From contig CATLHJ010000003.1 in the NCBI GenBank assembly GCA_949949035.1, forward strand, positions 14,065 to 78,064: a stretch of DNA of 64,000 nt, given 5' to 3'. Under the pieces are notes generated by a model. That model saw nothing but the letters and a program-made list of their open reading frames with translations. It was not told the DNA's origin and did no database searches. Origin of the DNA: an uncultured Clostridia bacterium. GTDB taxonomy: Bacteria; Bacillota; Clostridia; Christensenellales; UBA1242. Both the position numbers and the translations under genes were made by a program. Below, piece by piece: positions 9,718 to 18,519 of this stretch; positions within the stretch are counted from its first letter, which is position 1, and the number at the start of each line of letters is the position of its first letter.

Positions 9718-11151
9718 GTGGCCAAAGTTAATAACGAGAAAATCATCGAGTTAAAAAACATCACGAAAATTTACGACCAAGAAAAGGTAGTGGAAGACGT
9801 GTCGTTGGCCATTCATGCCGGCGACTTTGTGACGATCTTGGGACCTTCGGGTTGCGGCAAAACCACCCTGTTGCGCATGATTGCGGGCTTTGAAAAACCG
9901 ACCCAGGGTACGATTTTGTTACAAGGCGTGGACGTCACCAACGTGCCACCCTATAAACGTAACATTAACACGGTGTTCCAAAAGTACGCTTTGTTTCCGC
10001 ACTTAAACGTGTTTAACAACGTTGCCTACGGCCTGAAATTAAAGAAAGTTCCGGACGCAACCGCCAAAAAGGGTTACCGGTTGCTGTCCACCACGGAAAT
10101 CAAAGACAAAGTCAACGCCGCGTTAACTATGGTAGATTTAGCCGACTACGGCCACCGCGACATCGACAGTCTGTCGGGCGGACAACAACAACGGATTGCT
10201 ATTGCCCGCGCGTTAGTTAACGAGCCCAAAGTTTTATTGTTGGACGAACCATTATCGGCGTTAGATTTGAAAATGCGCAAGGAAATGCAACTGGAACTGC
10301 GCCGTTTACACCACGAATTGGGCATTACCTTTATTTACGTAACCCACGACCAAGAAGAAGCCATGACCATGAGTGACACCATCGTTGTCATGCGCGACGG
10401 AGTAATCCAGCAGGTTGGCACCCCAAAAAAAATATACGACGAACCGCAAAACGCTTACACCGCGGATTTCATTGGCGAAAGTAACATTATTTCCGGCAAA
10501 ATGTTAAAAGATTACCAAGTTGAATTTTTCGGCACCCAGTTCGCGTGTTTGGACAAAGGTTTCGGCAAAAACGAACCCGTGGACGTGGTGGTGCGTCCGG
10601 AAGACGTAAAGATTAACAAAGCCGATCCGCAAATAGCGGGCAAAGTCATCAGCAGTGTGTTCAAAGGTACTTTTTACGACCTGACGGTACTGGTGGGCGA
10701 TTACGAATTGTCGGTCAAAAACACGCGCGATTACGCGGTGGGCACACCGTTGAATTTAACCATTTTGCCCGACGGGATTCACATTATGCGCAAAGAAGCC
10801 TTAACCAACGCCTACCACACGGTAATCACCGGCGAAAATACGGTAGCCATTGGCGACGTGGACTTTGCGTTTGTCCCGACCGCCGGCGAACAGTTTAACA
10901 AGGGCGACGCGGTGGTGGCCGTGATTGACTTCGACAAAATTGAACTGACCGATGACGAAAAGGAAGGCCAAATTGGTGGCAGCATCAGTGACCTGATTTA
11001 CAAGGGTCGTTACTACCAAGCCAAAGTTTGGTTAGATAACGATACGGCGTTAATCGTCGATACGCCTTACGAATGGGACGCCGACGACCGCGTCGGTTTG
11101 AAAATTAACCAAGCAGACATAAAGGTACGTCACGATGAAGAAGCCAAGTAA
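9718..11151 (+). CDS. potA: spermidine/putrescine ABC transporter ATP-binding protein
   Basis: Walker A GPSGCGKTT, signature LSGGQQQR, Walker B LLLDEPLSALD. Long C-terminal regulatory extension. GTG start. Confidence 0.85.
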   Translation: MAKVNNEKIIELKNITKIYDQEKVVEDVSLAIHAGDFVTILGPSGCGKTTLLRMIAGFEKPTQGTILLQGVDVTNVPPYKRNINTVFQKYALFPHLNVFNNVAYGLKLKKVPDATAKKGYRLLSTTEIKDKVNAALTMVDLADYGHRDIDSLSGGQQQRIAIARALVNEPKVLLLDEPLSALDLKMRKEMQLELRRLHHELGITFIYVTHDQEEAMTMSDTIVVMRDGVIQQVGTPKKIYDEPQNAYTADFIGESNIISGKMLKDYQVEFFGTQFACLDKGFGKNEPVDVVVRPEDVKINKADPQIAGKVISSVFKGTFYDLTVLVGDYELSVKNTRDYAVGTPLNLTILPDGIHIMRKEALTNAYHTVITGENTVAIGDVDFAFVPTAGEQFNKGDAVVAVIDFDKIELTDDEKEGQIGGSISDLIYKGRYYQAKVWLDNDTALIVDTPYEWDADDRVGLKINQADIKVRHDEEAK

Positions 11152-11932
11152 CTTTAACCGTCGTAGTTTATTTGCTTTGCCGTACTGGTTGTACATGACC
11201 GTTTTCGTAGTGGTTCCGTTGTTAATGTTGTTGTTTTTTGCGTTCTACAACAACGGTCACGGTTTTTCCTTTGCCGAAGTAACCAAGTACTTTACGGACA
11301 GCAGTCAATGGGCCACCATCGGTCGCAGTTTGCGGATTGCCTTTTTGGCGGCGATGCTGTGTCTGTGCCTTGGTTACCCGCTGGCGTACCTGATTGCCAA
11401 AATCAAGTCGCAAAAATTGCAATACCTGACTTTGATGGCTTTGGTCGCCCCCATGTGGATTAACGGACTGCTGCGCACCATTGCCCTGAAAGACTTAACT
11501 ACCCTGCTGGGTTGGGCGGCGGGCGAAGACCTGTTAATCTTGGGGCTAACCATTGATTATCTGCCGTTCATGATTATGCCGACTTACTTGGTGATTACCG
11601 GTATCCCACGGTCGTATTTAGAAGTCAGTGCCGATTTGGGCGCGCACCCCGTCACGACTTTTTTCAAGGTCGAATTACCTTTGTCCATGGCGGGGCTAAT
11701 CAGTGGTTTTTTGATGGTCTTTACCCCCGCGGTGTCGACCTACTACATGAGTGAATATTTGGGCGACCAAAGCACTTTCATGATTGGCGAACAATTAAAC
11801 ACCATGTTTATCAAAGACAACAAGTCGGGAGCGGCCGTGATTGCTTTGGTACTGTTGGCGATTGTCGGCTTGTCGGTCGTGTTAACCAACGCGTTATCAC
11901 GACTGGGTAACCGGCGGGGAGGATTGTACTGA
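11135..11932 (+). CDS. potB: spermidine/putrescine ABC transporter permease
   Basis: 265 aa and polytopic. EAA-like loop EVSADLGAHPVTTFFKVELP. Overlaps the potA stop. Confidence 0.75.
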   Translation: MKKPSNFNRRSLFALPYWLYMTVFVVVPLLMLLFFAFYNNGHGFSFAEVTKYFTDSSQWATIGRSLRIAFLAAMLCLCLGYPLAYLIAKIKSQKLQYLTLMALVAPMWINGLLRTIALKDLTTLLGWAAGEDLLILGLTIDYLPFMIMPTYLVITGIPRSYLEVSADLGAHPVTTFFKVELPLSMAGLISGFLMVFTPAVSTYYMSEYLGDQSTFMIGEQLNTMFIKDNKSGAAVIALVLLAIVGLSVVLTNALSRLGNRRGGLY

Positions 11933-14217
11933 TGGCGGCGATTTTTATTTTGTTAGTGTTGGCGGTACTTTATTTGCCCGTATTGTTACTGGTCTTTTTG
12001 TCGTTCAGTGACGGCCTGCAATACTATACCGAACTGTTTACCAACGCCCACTACCTGCAAGCCATTGGCAACACCTTGTTGATTGCGGTGGTGGCGTCCC
12101 TGATTGCCACCATAATCGCGACGATGGCGGCCACTGGCATTATTTATTTGGGAAAAAAATCCCGCGCTATTACCATGGCCGTTAACCAATTACCCATCGT
12201 TAACGCCGACATTGTTACGTCGTTTGCGTTAGTGTTGCTGTTCGTCGGTTTAGGCTTGAACAACTTTGGTTTGTTGAAATTGATTTTGGCGCACGTGTTA
12301 ATTGCCCTGCCGTTTTGTTTACTCACCATTTTACCCAAGTTACGCCAACTGGACGCCAATTTGATTGACGCGGCGCTAGACTTGGGGGCGACGCCCATGA
12401 AAGCCTTTACCAGTGTCATCGTGCCCCAACTGGTACCGGCTATGGTGCAAGCGTTCCTGCTGGGTTTCACCCTGTCGCTGGACGACTTCGTCATTACCCA
12501 ATACAACAACAGTGGCGTCCCTACCATTGCCACGGTGGTGTACGGTGCCATCAGCCGTCGCGACATTCCCAACGCGTTTAAGGCCTTAACCACCATTATT
12601 TTGGCGGTCATTATTATCGTGTTAATCATCATGAACGTGCGCATGGGACGGGTACGCCAAGGCAAAAAGTTGAGTAAAAAAGTCGTTGCCATCATTACCG
12701 CGGTGGTCATTTTGCTGGCAGGTGGCGGTATCGTACCGTTAATTGTTCATAACTTAACGCCCCGCAGTTCGGTGTTAAAAATTTATAACTGGGAAGACTA
12801 CATTGCGATTCCGTCCGACGGCGAAGGGCGGGACTTGGTCGCCGAATTTGAAGCGTACTACCGCGCCCAAACGGGTGATAAAAATTTCCGTGTCGAATAC
12901 CACACTTTCACCGACAACGAAGAACTGTACTCGAAAATTAAGACCCAACGTGCGGATTACGACCTGATTTTTCCGTCCGAATACTTGGTCGAAAAAATGG
13001 CGGGCGAAAACTTGTTACAAACCATTAAGTTAGACCAATTAGACGCGGACGTGGTCGCGGGGTTAGACGCCGCTATCTTATCCCGTACCACAGACTACAC
13101 CGCCGTCACCGCGGATGGTGCGGTCGATCCCAACCAAGTGTGGGCGATTCCCTACATGGTGGGCACGGTCGGTATTATGTACGATACCGATGTCATCAAC
13201 GGCATGGCGACAAAAACCGGAATTGACACCACCACTTTCGAGCAGATGTTGTCGGAACTGGGCTTCGGCGTGCTGTTCGGCGCCAAGTACACCGACGCCA
13301 CGACGGGCACCACCTACGACAGCAGTAAATTTAAGAGCCACATTACCATGAAAAAGTCTGCCCGCGACAGTGTGGGCATTGCGATGTTGTACGCGCAAGC
13401 GGCCCGCATTCGGGACAGCATTACTGCCCACCAAGCCCAAGGTGGCACGGCGGATGACTTCGACAATACGGAATTATCGAACATCTTAAATATGCAAGAC
13501 CAATTCACCATTGACCAAGCCCGCCAAATTTTACAAGAACAAATCCGCGTCATGAACCCGTTTTATGAAAACGATAACGGCAAAAAAGCCTTCGCTAACC
13601 CCAACGACACCCGCTTTGCTTACGGTCTATTTTGGAGTTGCGACGCGGGCTTGACCATGGGCGAAAATGTGGACGATAATGATGAGCAATTAACTAACTT
13701 AAAATTTTACGCCCCCTACGGTACCAACTTGTGGACGGACAATTTTGCCCTGCCCATCTACGGAAAAAACACGGACGCGGCCTACGCCTTTATGAACTTT
13801 ATGTTGGACGCGGATAACGCCGCCGCCAACATCGATTACGTAGGCAGCCAAATGGCCGTGGCTGGTCAAGACGCGGACGGTAATAACACCGCGGTCGGCG
13901 ACCTAAAAGACGATTACGGCTTCGACGAAAACGCCGACGACTTCTCCTATGACAACAGTTACGTCAACGCGGTGTTCCCGCCGGAGTACGCGTTGACTTA
14001 CTCGGCGATTATGCATAACTTCGACCCCGTACAGGAAACGGCGGTCAACGACCTGATGGTCAGCATTCAAAACCAAGCCGCGCAACTGACGGAAAACACC
14101 CACGGCAGCCCCCAAGTTATCCAATGGGTGTTCTTGGCGTTAGTATTGGCGGGCGTGGTCGTGGCGGTGGTTTATTGTGTAAGCCACCGGCGTCCCCAAA
14201 CTCCACCCGTTAACTGA
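11932..14217 (+). CDS. fused ABC permease (PotC-like) and polyamine-binding protein (PotD-like) with C-terminal TM helix
   Basis: The N-terminal roughly 260 aa are a permease (DAALDLGATPMKAFTSVIVP). The remainder is PotD-like (LKIYNWEDYI, FPSEYLVEKM). Terminal hydrophobic helix VIQWVFLALVLAGVVVAVVY. Confidence 0.75.
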   Translation: MAAIFILLVLAVLYLPVLLLVFLSFSDGLQYYTELFTNAHYLQAIGNTLLIAVVASLIATIIATMAATGIIYLGKKSRAITMAVNQLPIVNADIVTSFALVLLFVGLGLNNFGLLKLILAHVLIALPFCLLTILPKLRQLDANLIDAALDLGATPMKAFTSVIVPQLVPAMVQAFLLGFTLSLDDFVITQYNNSGVPTIATVVYGAISRRDIPNAFKALTTIILAVIIIVLIIMNVRMGRVRQGKKLSKKVVAIITAVVILLAGGGIVPLIVHNLTPRSSVLKIYNWEDYIAIPSDGEGRDLVAEFEAYYRAQTGDKNFRVEYHTFTDNEELYSKIKTQRADYDLIFPSEYLVEKMAGENLLQTIKLDQLDADVVAGLDAAILSRTTDYTAVTADGAVDPNQVWAIPYMVGTVGIMYDTDVINGMATKTGIDTTTFEQMLSELGFGVLFGAKYTDATTGTTYDSSKFKSHITMKKSARDSVGIAMLYAQAARIRDSITAHQAQGGTADDFDNTELSNILNMQDQFTIDQARQILQEQIRVMNPFYENDNGKKAFANPNDTRFAYGLFWSCDAGLTMGENVDDNDEQLTNLKFYAPYGTNLWTDNFALPIYGKNTDAAYAFMNFMLDADNAAANIDYVGSQMAVAGQDADGNNTAVGDLKDDYGFDENADDFSYDNSYVNAVFPPEYALTYSAIMHNFDPVQETAVNDLMVSIQNQAAQLTENTHGSPQVIQWVFLALVLAGVVVAVVYCVSHRRPQTPPVN

Positions 14218-14225
14218 TTGCTGCT

Positions 14226-15206
14226 TTACATTTCAAAACCGCTGTCTTCGACGGCGGGGGTTGACTGTTGGCTCAATAATTGGTCGATTTTGTTAAAATT
14301 GGTACTCATCGCCAACTGGTTCATAAACGCGCCATTTAGGTACTGCCCTAACGGTGTATAGTTCGGGTCAATGCGGTAAAAACGGCAACTGGGAATTTCC
14401 CCGTGGTTGAAATTATCCAATAAACGCTCGCGGTCTTTGGGAATCAAGTAAGGGAGTAAACTGGTTTGGTTAATCACGGTTTCGTAACTGGCCGCAAATA
14501 ACGGCGTCAGGCATTGCAGACTGTTGTCGATCTTATCCCGTTCCACTTTAATGGGTTCGCAGTTAAACCAGTAGTACTGGATTTGCCCCGTGGTGGGGTT
14601 CGGGTAAGAATACAGTGCATAATTGTGCTTCGCGTAACGGTAAAAGTTGCCGTACGCCGTGTAGGGGTTAGTCACGGGGTAATCGTTAATTCCCAAATGG
14701 TCGGCGGCGTATTCGTGATATGGTAAGTTATTGATGGTCGGCAAACTTTTGCCGATTAACGCCTTGGTTAACTTTTGCGCCATGGACGGAGTCACCATGG
14801 ATTGGGCGTGGTAAACCATTTCCCCGTTCAACGTTAAATATTCGCTGCCAAGGTGATAATAAGTACCTAAATTGTGTTTTTCCGGATTAACAAAGCGCGG
14901 CGCCACCGCTACGTTTTTCGCGTGCGTGAACATCGAACGGCGTACCGGCAAGTAACTGAACACGTTGTCCACCGTCATCGCGTAAACTTCGTGGTGGTCG
15001 AACAAACTGCTGGTCCATACCATACCGAACGGCACGGGGTCTTGGCGGTGCAAACTGATCGTCGGTTGCGGGATCGCGCCGGAAAACATCGCAAAATCGG
15101 ACAAGCGATAATCGACATTCGCCCGTTGTAATTCGCCTAACGTTGGCACTGTAACGTTGGTTTCCCCCTTTCTCGGCGGCAGCATAAAAGTCGTTAATTT
15201 TTCCAT
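14226..15206 (-). CDS. hypothetical protein (orphan)
   Basis: 326-aa ORF rich in Y, N and P, with no TM helices and no recognisable motifs. Confidence 0.55.
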   Translation of the reverse strand: MEKLTTFMLPPRKGETNVTVPTLGELQRANVDYRLSDFAMFSGAIPQPTISLHRQDPVPFGMVWTSSLFDHHEVYAMTVDNVFSYLPVRRSMFTHAKNVAVAPRFVNPEKHNLGTYYHLGSEYLTLNGEMVYHAQSMVTPSMAQKLTKALIGKSLPTINNLPYHEYAADHLGINDYPVTNPYTAYGNFYRYAKHNYALYSYPNPTTGQIQYYWFNCEPIKVERDKIDNSLQCLTPLFAASYETVINQTSLLPYLIPKDRERLLDNFNHGEIPSCRFYRIDPNYTPLGQYLNGAFMNQLAMSTNFNKIDQLLSQQSTPAVEDSGFEM

Positions 15207-15338
15207 TCTCTAATTATAGAATTACCCAAATTCTAAAGTCAATACCACCGCGTAAAATTTTTCAACTTTTTTTAGCAAAAATTGTCATTCACTTACGCCC
15301 GAGTTCACGCTCCACGGTGCCGTTGATAACGGCGTTAA

Positions 15339-15389
15339 TACTGGGCTTTACTCTCTGCCGACCAATTCGTCAATGCTGCCGTGCAGGTG
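15339..15389. repeat. 51-bp exact direct repeat, copy 1 (3' end of dual-HTH gene)
   Basis: tactgggctttactctctgccgaccaattcgtcaatgctgccgtgcaggtg is identical at 15906-15956. Confidence 0.95.
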
Positions 15390-15797
15390 TTTGGCAATCA
15401 CGTACAAGACGTCCAAACGCGGTTCTTTACCCCGTCGCCAGTGCGTAACCATGGTGCGGTGAAACCCTTGCGCGTCGGCGAAGGCGCGATTGTTGGTGTG
15501 GTTTTGGGCGAGTAAAGTTTGGTATCGCTCCACCAAACCGCTTATGTCATAACGAGTGGTATGGTAATGACCACGGTTACGTTGTTCGTCCAAGCCAAAT
15601 AAATAATCCAAGGAACAATTAAAATATACGGCAATTTTTAAGATTACCGGCAGGGTCGGGATTCCGTCGTGTAAGTAACGGCTATACTGGGTGGCGGTTA
15701 CCCCGCTGACGTGTGCTAACGCCCGCAACGACAACCCACTTTCCGCCACCAAATCTTGCAATACTTCCCGCAAGTTTTCCATAAATTTACCTTGCAT
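15348..15797 (-). CDS. transcriptional regulator with two XRE-type HTH domains
   Basis: Two HTH-like segments: LRALAHVSGVTATQYSRYL and NRAFADAQGFHRTMVTHWRRG. Paralogue of 15915-16352. Confidence 0.75.
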   Translation of the reverse strand: MQGKFMENLREVLQDLVAESGLSLRALAHVSGVTATQYSRYLHDGIPTLPVILKIAVYFNCSLDYLFGLDEQRNRGHYHTTRYDISGLVERYQTLLAQNHTNNRAFADAQGFHRTMVTHWRRGKEPRLDVLYVIAKHLHGSIDELVGRE

Positions 15798-15905
15798 AGT
15801 ATGCTGAAAAAGTGTTACACTACGTTATTGTTACAGATATGCATCACTTTATCAGGGGGCAATTCGCTAATGACCGATGTTTAATCACACCCACGGGGCA
15901 TTAAC

Positions 15906-15956
15906 TACTGGGCTTTACTCTCTGCCGACCAATTCGTCAATGCTGCCGTGCAGGTG
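15906..15956. repeat. 51-bp exact direct repeat, copy 2
   Basis: Identical to 15339-15389, offset 567 bp. Confidence 0.95.
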
Positions 15957-16352
15957 GCGGGCAATGGTGTACAGTAAATCCAACCGGGGCATTTTGCCCG
16001 CCTGCCAATGGCGAATAATACTTTCGTTAAAGGCTTGCGTCGTTTTGGCAAATTGGTAATGGGTTAAATGGTTAGCCACCAACAACTGACGGTAATTGCG
16101 CAAAAAGCGCTGCCGGTCGTAATGGTCGGTGGCGTAGGGACTGGGGCACCGGCGGTCGTCCAAACCGCACAGGTAGTCCAACGAACACTTAAAGTAGCGC
16201 GCAATTTTTAACGCTACGGGCAAGGTCGGCGTGCGCCCGTTTAAGTAGTACGAATAAACCGCCGAACTGACCCCGCTGGCGGCGGCAATCTGGTGCACTG
16301 ATAACCCCGTTTCCCAAATTAAATCCTGCAAAACTTCACGAAATTCTTCCAC
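15915..16352 (-). CDS. transcriptional regulator with two XRE-type HTH domains (tandem paralogue)
   Basis: Same architecture as 15348-15797. The C-terminal residues HLHGSIDELVGRE are identical. Confidence 0.75.
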   Translation of the reverse strand: MEEFREVLQDLIWETGLSVHQIAAASGVSSAVYSYYLNGRTPTLPVALKIARYFKCSLDYLCGLDDRRCPSPYATDHYDRQRFLRNYRQLLVANHLTHYQFAKTTQAFNESIIRHWQAGKMPRLDLLYTIARHLHGSIDELVGRE

Positions 16353-16468
16353 GACACCCGCCCTTTCGTTAAAGATTTATATTGCCATTATCAAATATGG
16401 TCGGTTATAATTATTCACCTTTAACAATAGGGCTAGTCAAGTTAGTCCATAATTAACCAAGGAGTAAA

Positions 16469-16945
16469 ATGGTCAAAAATATTTTATTAGATTTCGTGAT
16501 TAACGTGTTCAACTTGGAAATTGCTAACCACTATACTACTACCGAGCACGCGGTGATTATTGACTTCCCCGACCGCACCCAAGCCGTCATTGCCGCCCAC
16601 CCCGTTGCGGGACACTTTCCACGCCGGCCGGTTTTACCCCCGTTGCGCCAAGACCACAGTTACCACTACGTACACCAACACGATTACGGCTACGGGCGGG
16701 AACCCGAAGTGCTGGAACTGAACAAACTGACCTTGCGGGGCTGGGAAGATTGTCGCGTTTATTTACAAGACGCTTGCGAAACCTTGCTGGCCGCCGAGTT
16801 TAACGACTTTGAAATTACCTTTGACAGTGGCCCCGTGTACTTGTTAACCATAACCCCGTTAATCAAACGTCCCCGCCGTGCCCGTAAAATTCAAACCAAG
16901 CCCCACTCGGCTAGTTTTTCAAAACCGCCCAAGGCGCGGACGTAA
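16469..16945 (+). CDS. hypothetical small protein, orphan family P (copy 1)
   Basis: 158 aa with AAGGAG RBS. Paralogue of 18157-18519: shared LEIAN N-terminal segment, a His/Tyr/Pro-rich linker, and a conserved C-terminal EDCRVYLQDACETLLAAEF...F.SG..YLLTI. Confidence 0.55.
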   Translation: MVKNILLDFVINVFNLEIANHYTTTEHAVIIDFPDRTQAVIAAHPVAGHFPRRPVLPPLRQDHSYHYVHQHDYGYGREPEVLELNKLTLRGWEDCRVYLQDACETLLAAEFNDFEITFDSGPVYLLTITPLIKRPRRARKIQTKPHSASFSKPPKART

Positions 16946-17691
16946 GCGCGGGCTTGCTCGACAATCGCAGCGTACGGTTGCCCGTCAATTTGTTCGTCAC
17001 CAATCGCACAACACAAGTTAACCGGTTGTCCCGTTGCTTGGGCTTTTAAGAACGCGTAAATATTGACGCTGACGTCGGCCTTGGACAAGTCTTTACCGTG
17101 AATACCGCCACCGGTCACACTGTGCCCGAGGTCACTGCCTAATTTACGGTTGGTCGCGCCCGAATCCACATTGACCCCACCCGACCATTCGCCCAACGGG
17201 TTAGTGACGGTGTAGTAGCCCAGATTATTGTAACGGTTGGTCAGCAACTGCCGGTCGGCATGACTTTGGCAAATAATTAAACCTTTGCCGTTTAAGATGT
17301 ACTTGCCGTCGGTCGGGTATTGGCGGTAAATTTGACGCGCAATCGTCGATAATTCTTTTTCTTCGTCGGTTAACGGCAAGCCCTTAAAGATCCCGTTGTC
17401 GCCACAGCGGATCTGTCCGACTTGGTTCTTGGCCAAATGCGGGTCTTGCGGCACCAAAAAAGTTTCGATGTCGGCAATTTCTTGCCCCGCAATTCGTTGG
17501 ACAGTTTGTTCAATAAAATCGTCCGCAAAAGTAATATCGGTTTCGATAATCAACCGACAAAAACCATGCCCGATTAACACTTCGACGGCGATGTGCGGAT
17601 TGTCGTCTTGGGTATAGGCGTAATCGACCAACGCCCCCGCGATGCGGTCGGCCACCTTGTCGGGGTGCGCCGGATTTACTTTTTCAATCAT
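16891..17691 (-). CDS. compact S-adenosylmethionine synthetase-like protein (MetK homologue, 266 aa)
   Basis: AHPDKVADRIAGALVD matches the MetK GHPDKIAD motif. CGDNGIFKG matches GAGDQGLMFGY. NPLGEWSGGVNVDSGATNRKLG and GGGIHGKDLSKADVS match the MetK GRFVIGGP..D.GLTGRK and GGGAFSGKDPSKVDRS motifs. About 120 aa shorter than canonical MetK. Confidence 0.7.
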   Translation of the reverse strand: MIEKVNPAHPDKVADRIAGALVDYAYTQDDNPHIAVEVLIGHGFCRLIIETDITFADDFIEQTVQRIAGQEIADIETFLVPQDPHLAKNQVGQIRCGDNGIFKGLPLTDEEKELSTIARQIYRQYPTDGKYILNGKGLIICQSHADRQLLTNRYNNLGYYTVTNPLGEWSGGVNVDSGATNRKLGSDLGHSVTGGGIHGKDLSKADVSVNIYAFLKAQATGQPVNLCCAIGDEQIDGQPYAAIVEQARAYVRALGGFEKLAEWGLV

Positions 17692-17751
17692 ATGCCATTA
17701 TACCGCCAAATTAACGGGCGGTCAAAAGTTTAGGTTGGCCGTCGCCAAATT

Positions 17752-17994
17752 TTAATCAATTTCAAGTTTACTTTTACTAAACAATGGATCGGCGTAAAAT
17801 TCTTCCAAGGTCAAATCGAAAGCGTCAGCAATCTTGGCCACCGTGGTCATTTTAATGTCTTTGGTCGAACCATCCAAAATACGTTTCAAAGACGACTGCG
17901 GAATTACAATCTTTTTGCACAAAGCGTATTGCGTCATTTGGCTTTGGTTAAGCAAGTTAATTATTCTTTGTGCGATTGCCGCCTGTAATTTCAT
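17752..17994 (-). CDS. XRE-family HTH transcriptional regulator
   Basis: 80 aa. MTQYALCKKIVIPQSSLKRIL HTH. Paralogue of 20838-21080. Confidence 0.8.
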   Translation of the reverse strand: MKLQAAIAQRIINLLNQSQMTQYALCKKIVIPQSSLKRILDGSTKDIKMTTVAKIADAFDLTLEEFYADPLFSKSKLEID

Positions 17995-18086
17995 AACTTT
18001 TACTCCGATGTTATAATTTTACTTTGGGTAAAAATTATTTTAGTTGTTTGCACGCAAATAGTACCCCGTGGTATACTTGTTTACAT

Positions 18087-18110
18087 ACAAGCATGACAGT
18101 GCTTGTTTTT
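18087..18110 (+). terminator. terminator-like hairpin in the 5' leader of 18157-18519
   Basis: acaagca-tgacag-tgcttgt gives a 7-bp stem followed by a T run. It lies 47 nt upstream of the ATG, with no plus-strand gene upstream. Confidence 0.35.
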
Positions 18111-18156
18111 CGTCCAGCGAGAAATTACCGTCACCGACGGAAAGGGGGAAAAACGT

Positions 18157-18519
18157 ATGACTAATCTGGTTACCGAAGTAATAACCGCGGCGTTCCGCAT
18201 GGAAATCGCCAACCCGCTTAAACCCGTGGGCGACAACAGTTTTTTGGTGAGCCTGCCCAACCATGGACAAGTTATCATCACGGTTAAACCACTGCGGCAC
18301 GACCCACATTACCAACCGCCCACCCAACCCAAACGGCATACCGTACACCATAATTTGCAAATTGACCCTAACCAGCCACTGACTTTGTTAAGTATTGAAG
18401 ACTGCCGCTGTTATCTGGACGACGTTTGCCAAAACTTACTCGACGCCGAATACCACGACGGCGAACTGACTTTCCCGAACGGCGACAGTTTTTTGGTTAC
18501 GCTCATGACTTTTCATTAA
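18157..18519 (+). CDS. hypothetical small protein, orphan family P (copy 2)
   Basis: ATG at 18157 preceded by aaagggggaa RBS. Paralogue of 16469-16945 (EDCRCYLDDVCQNLLDAEY...FPNGDSFLVTL). Confidence 0.55.
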   Translation: MTNLVTEVITAAFRMEIANPLKPVGDNSFLVSLPNHGQVIITVKPLRHDPHYQPPTQPKRHTVHHNLQIDPNQPLTLLSIEDCRCYLDDVCQNLLDAEYHDGELTFPNGDSFLVTLMTFH

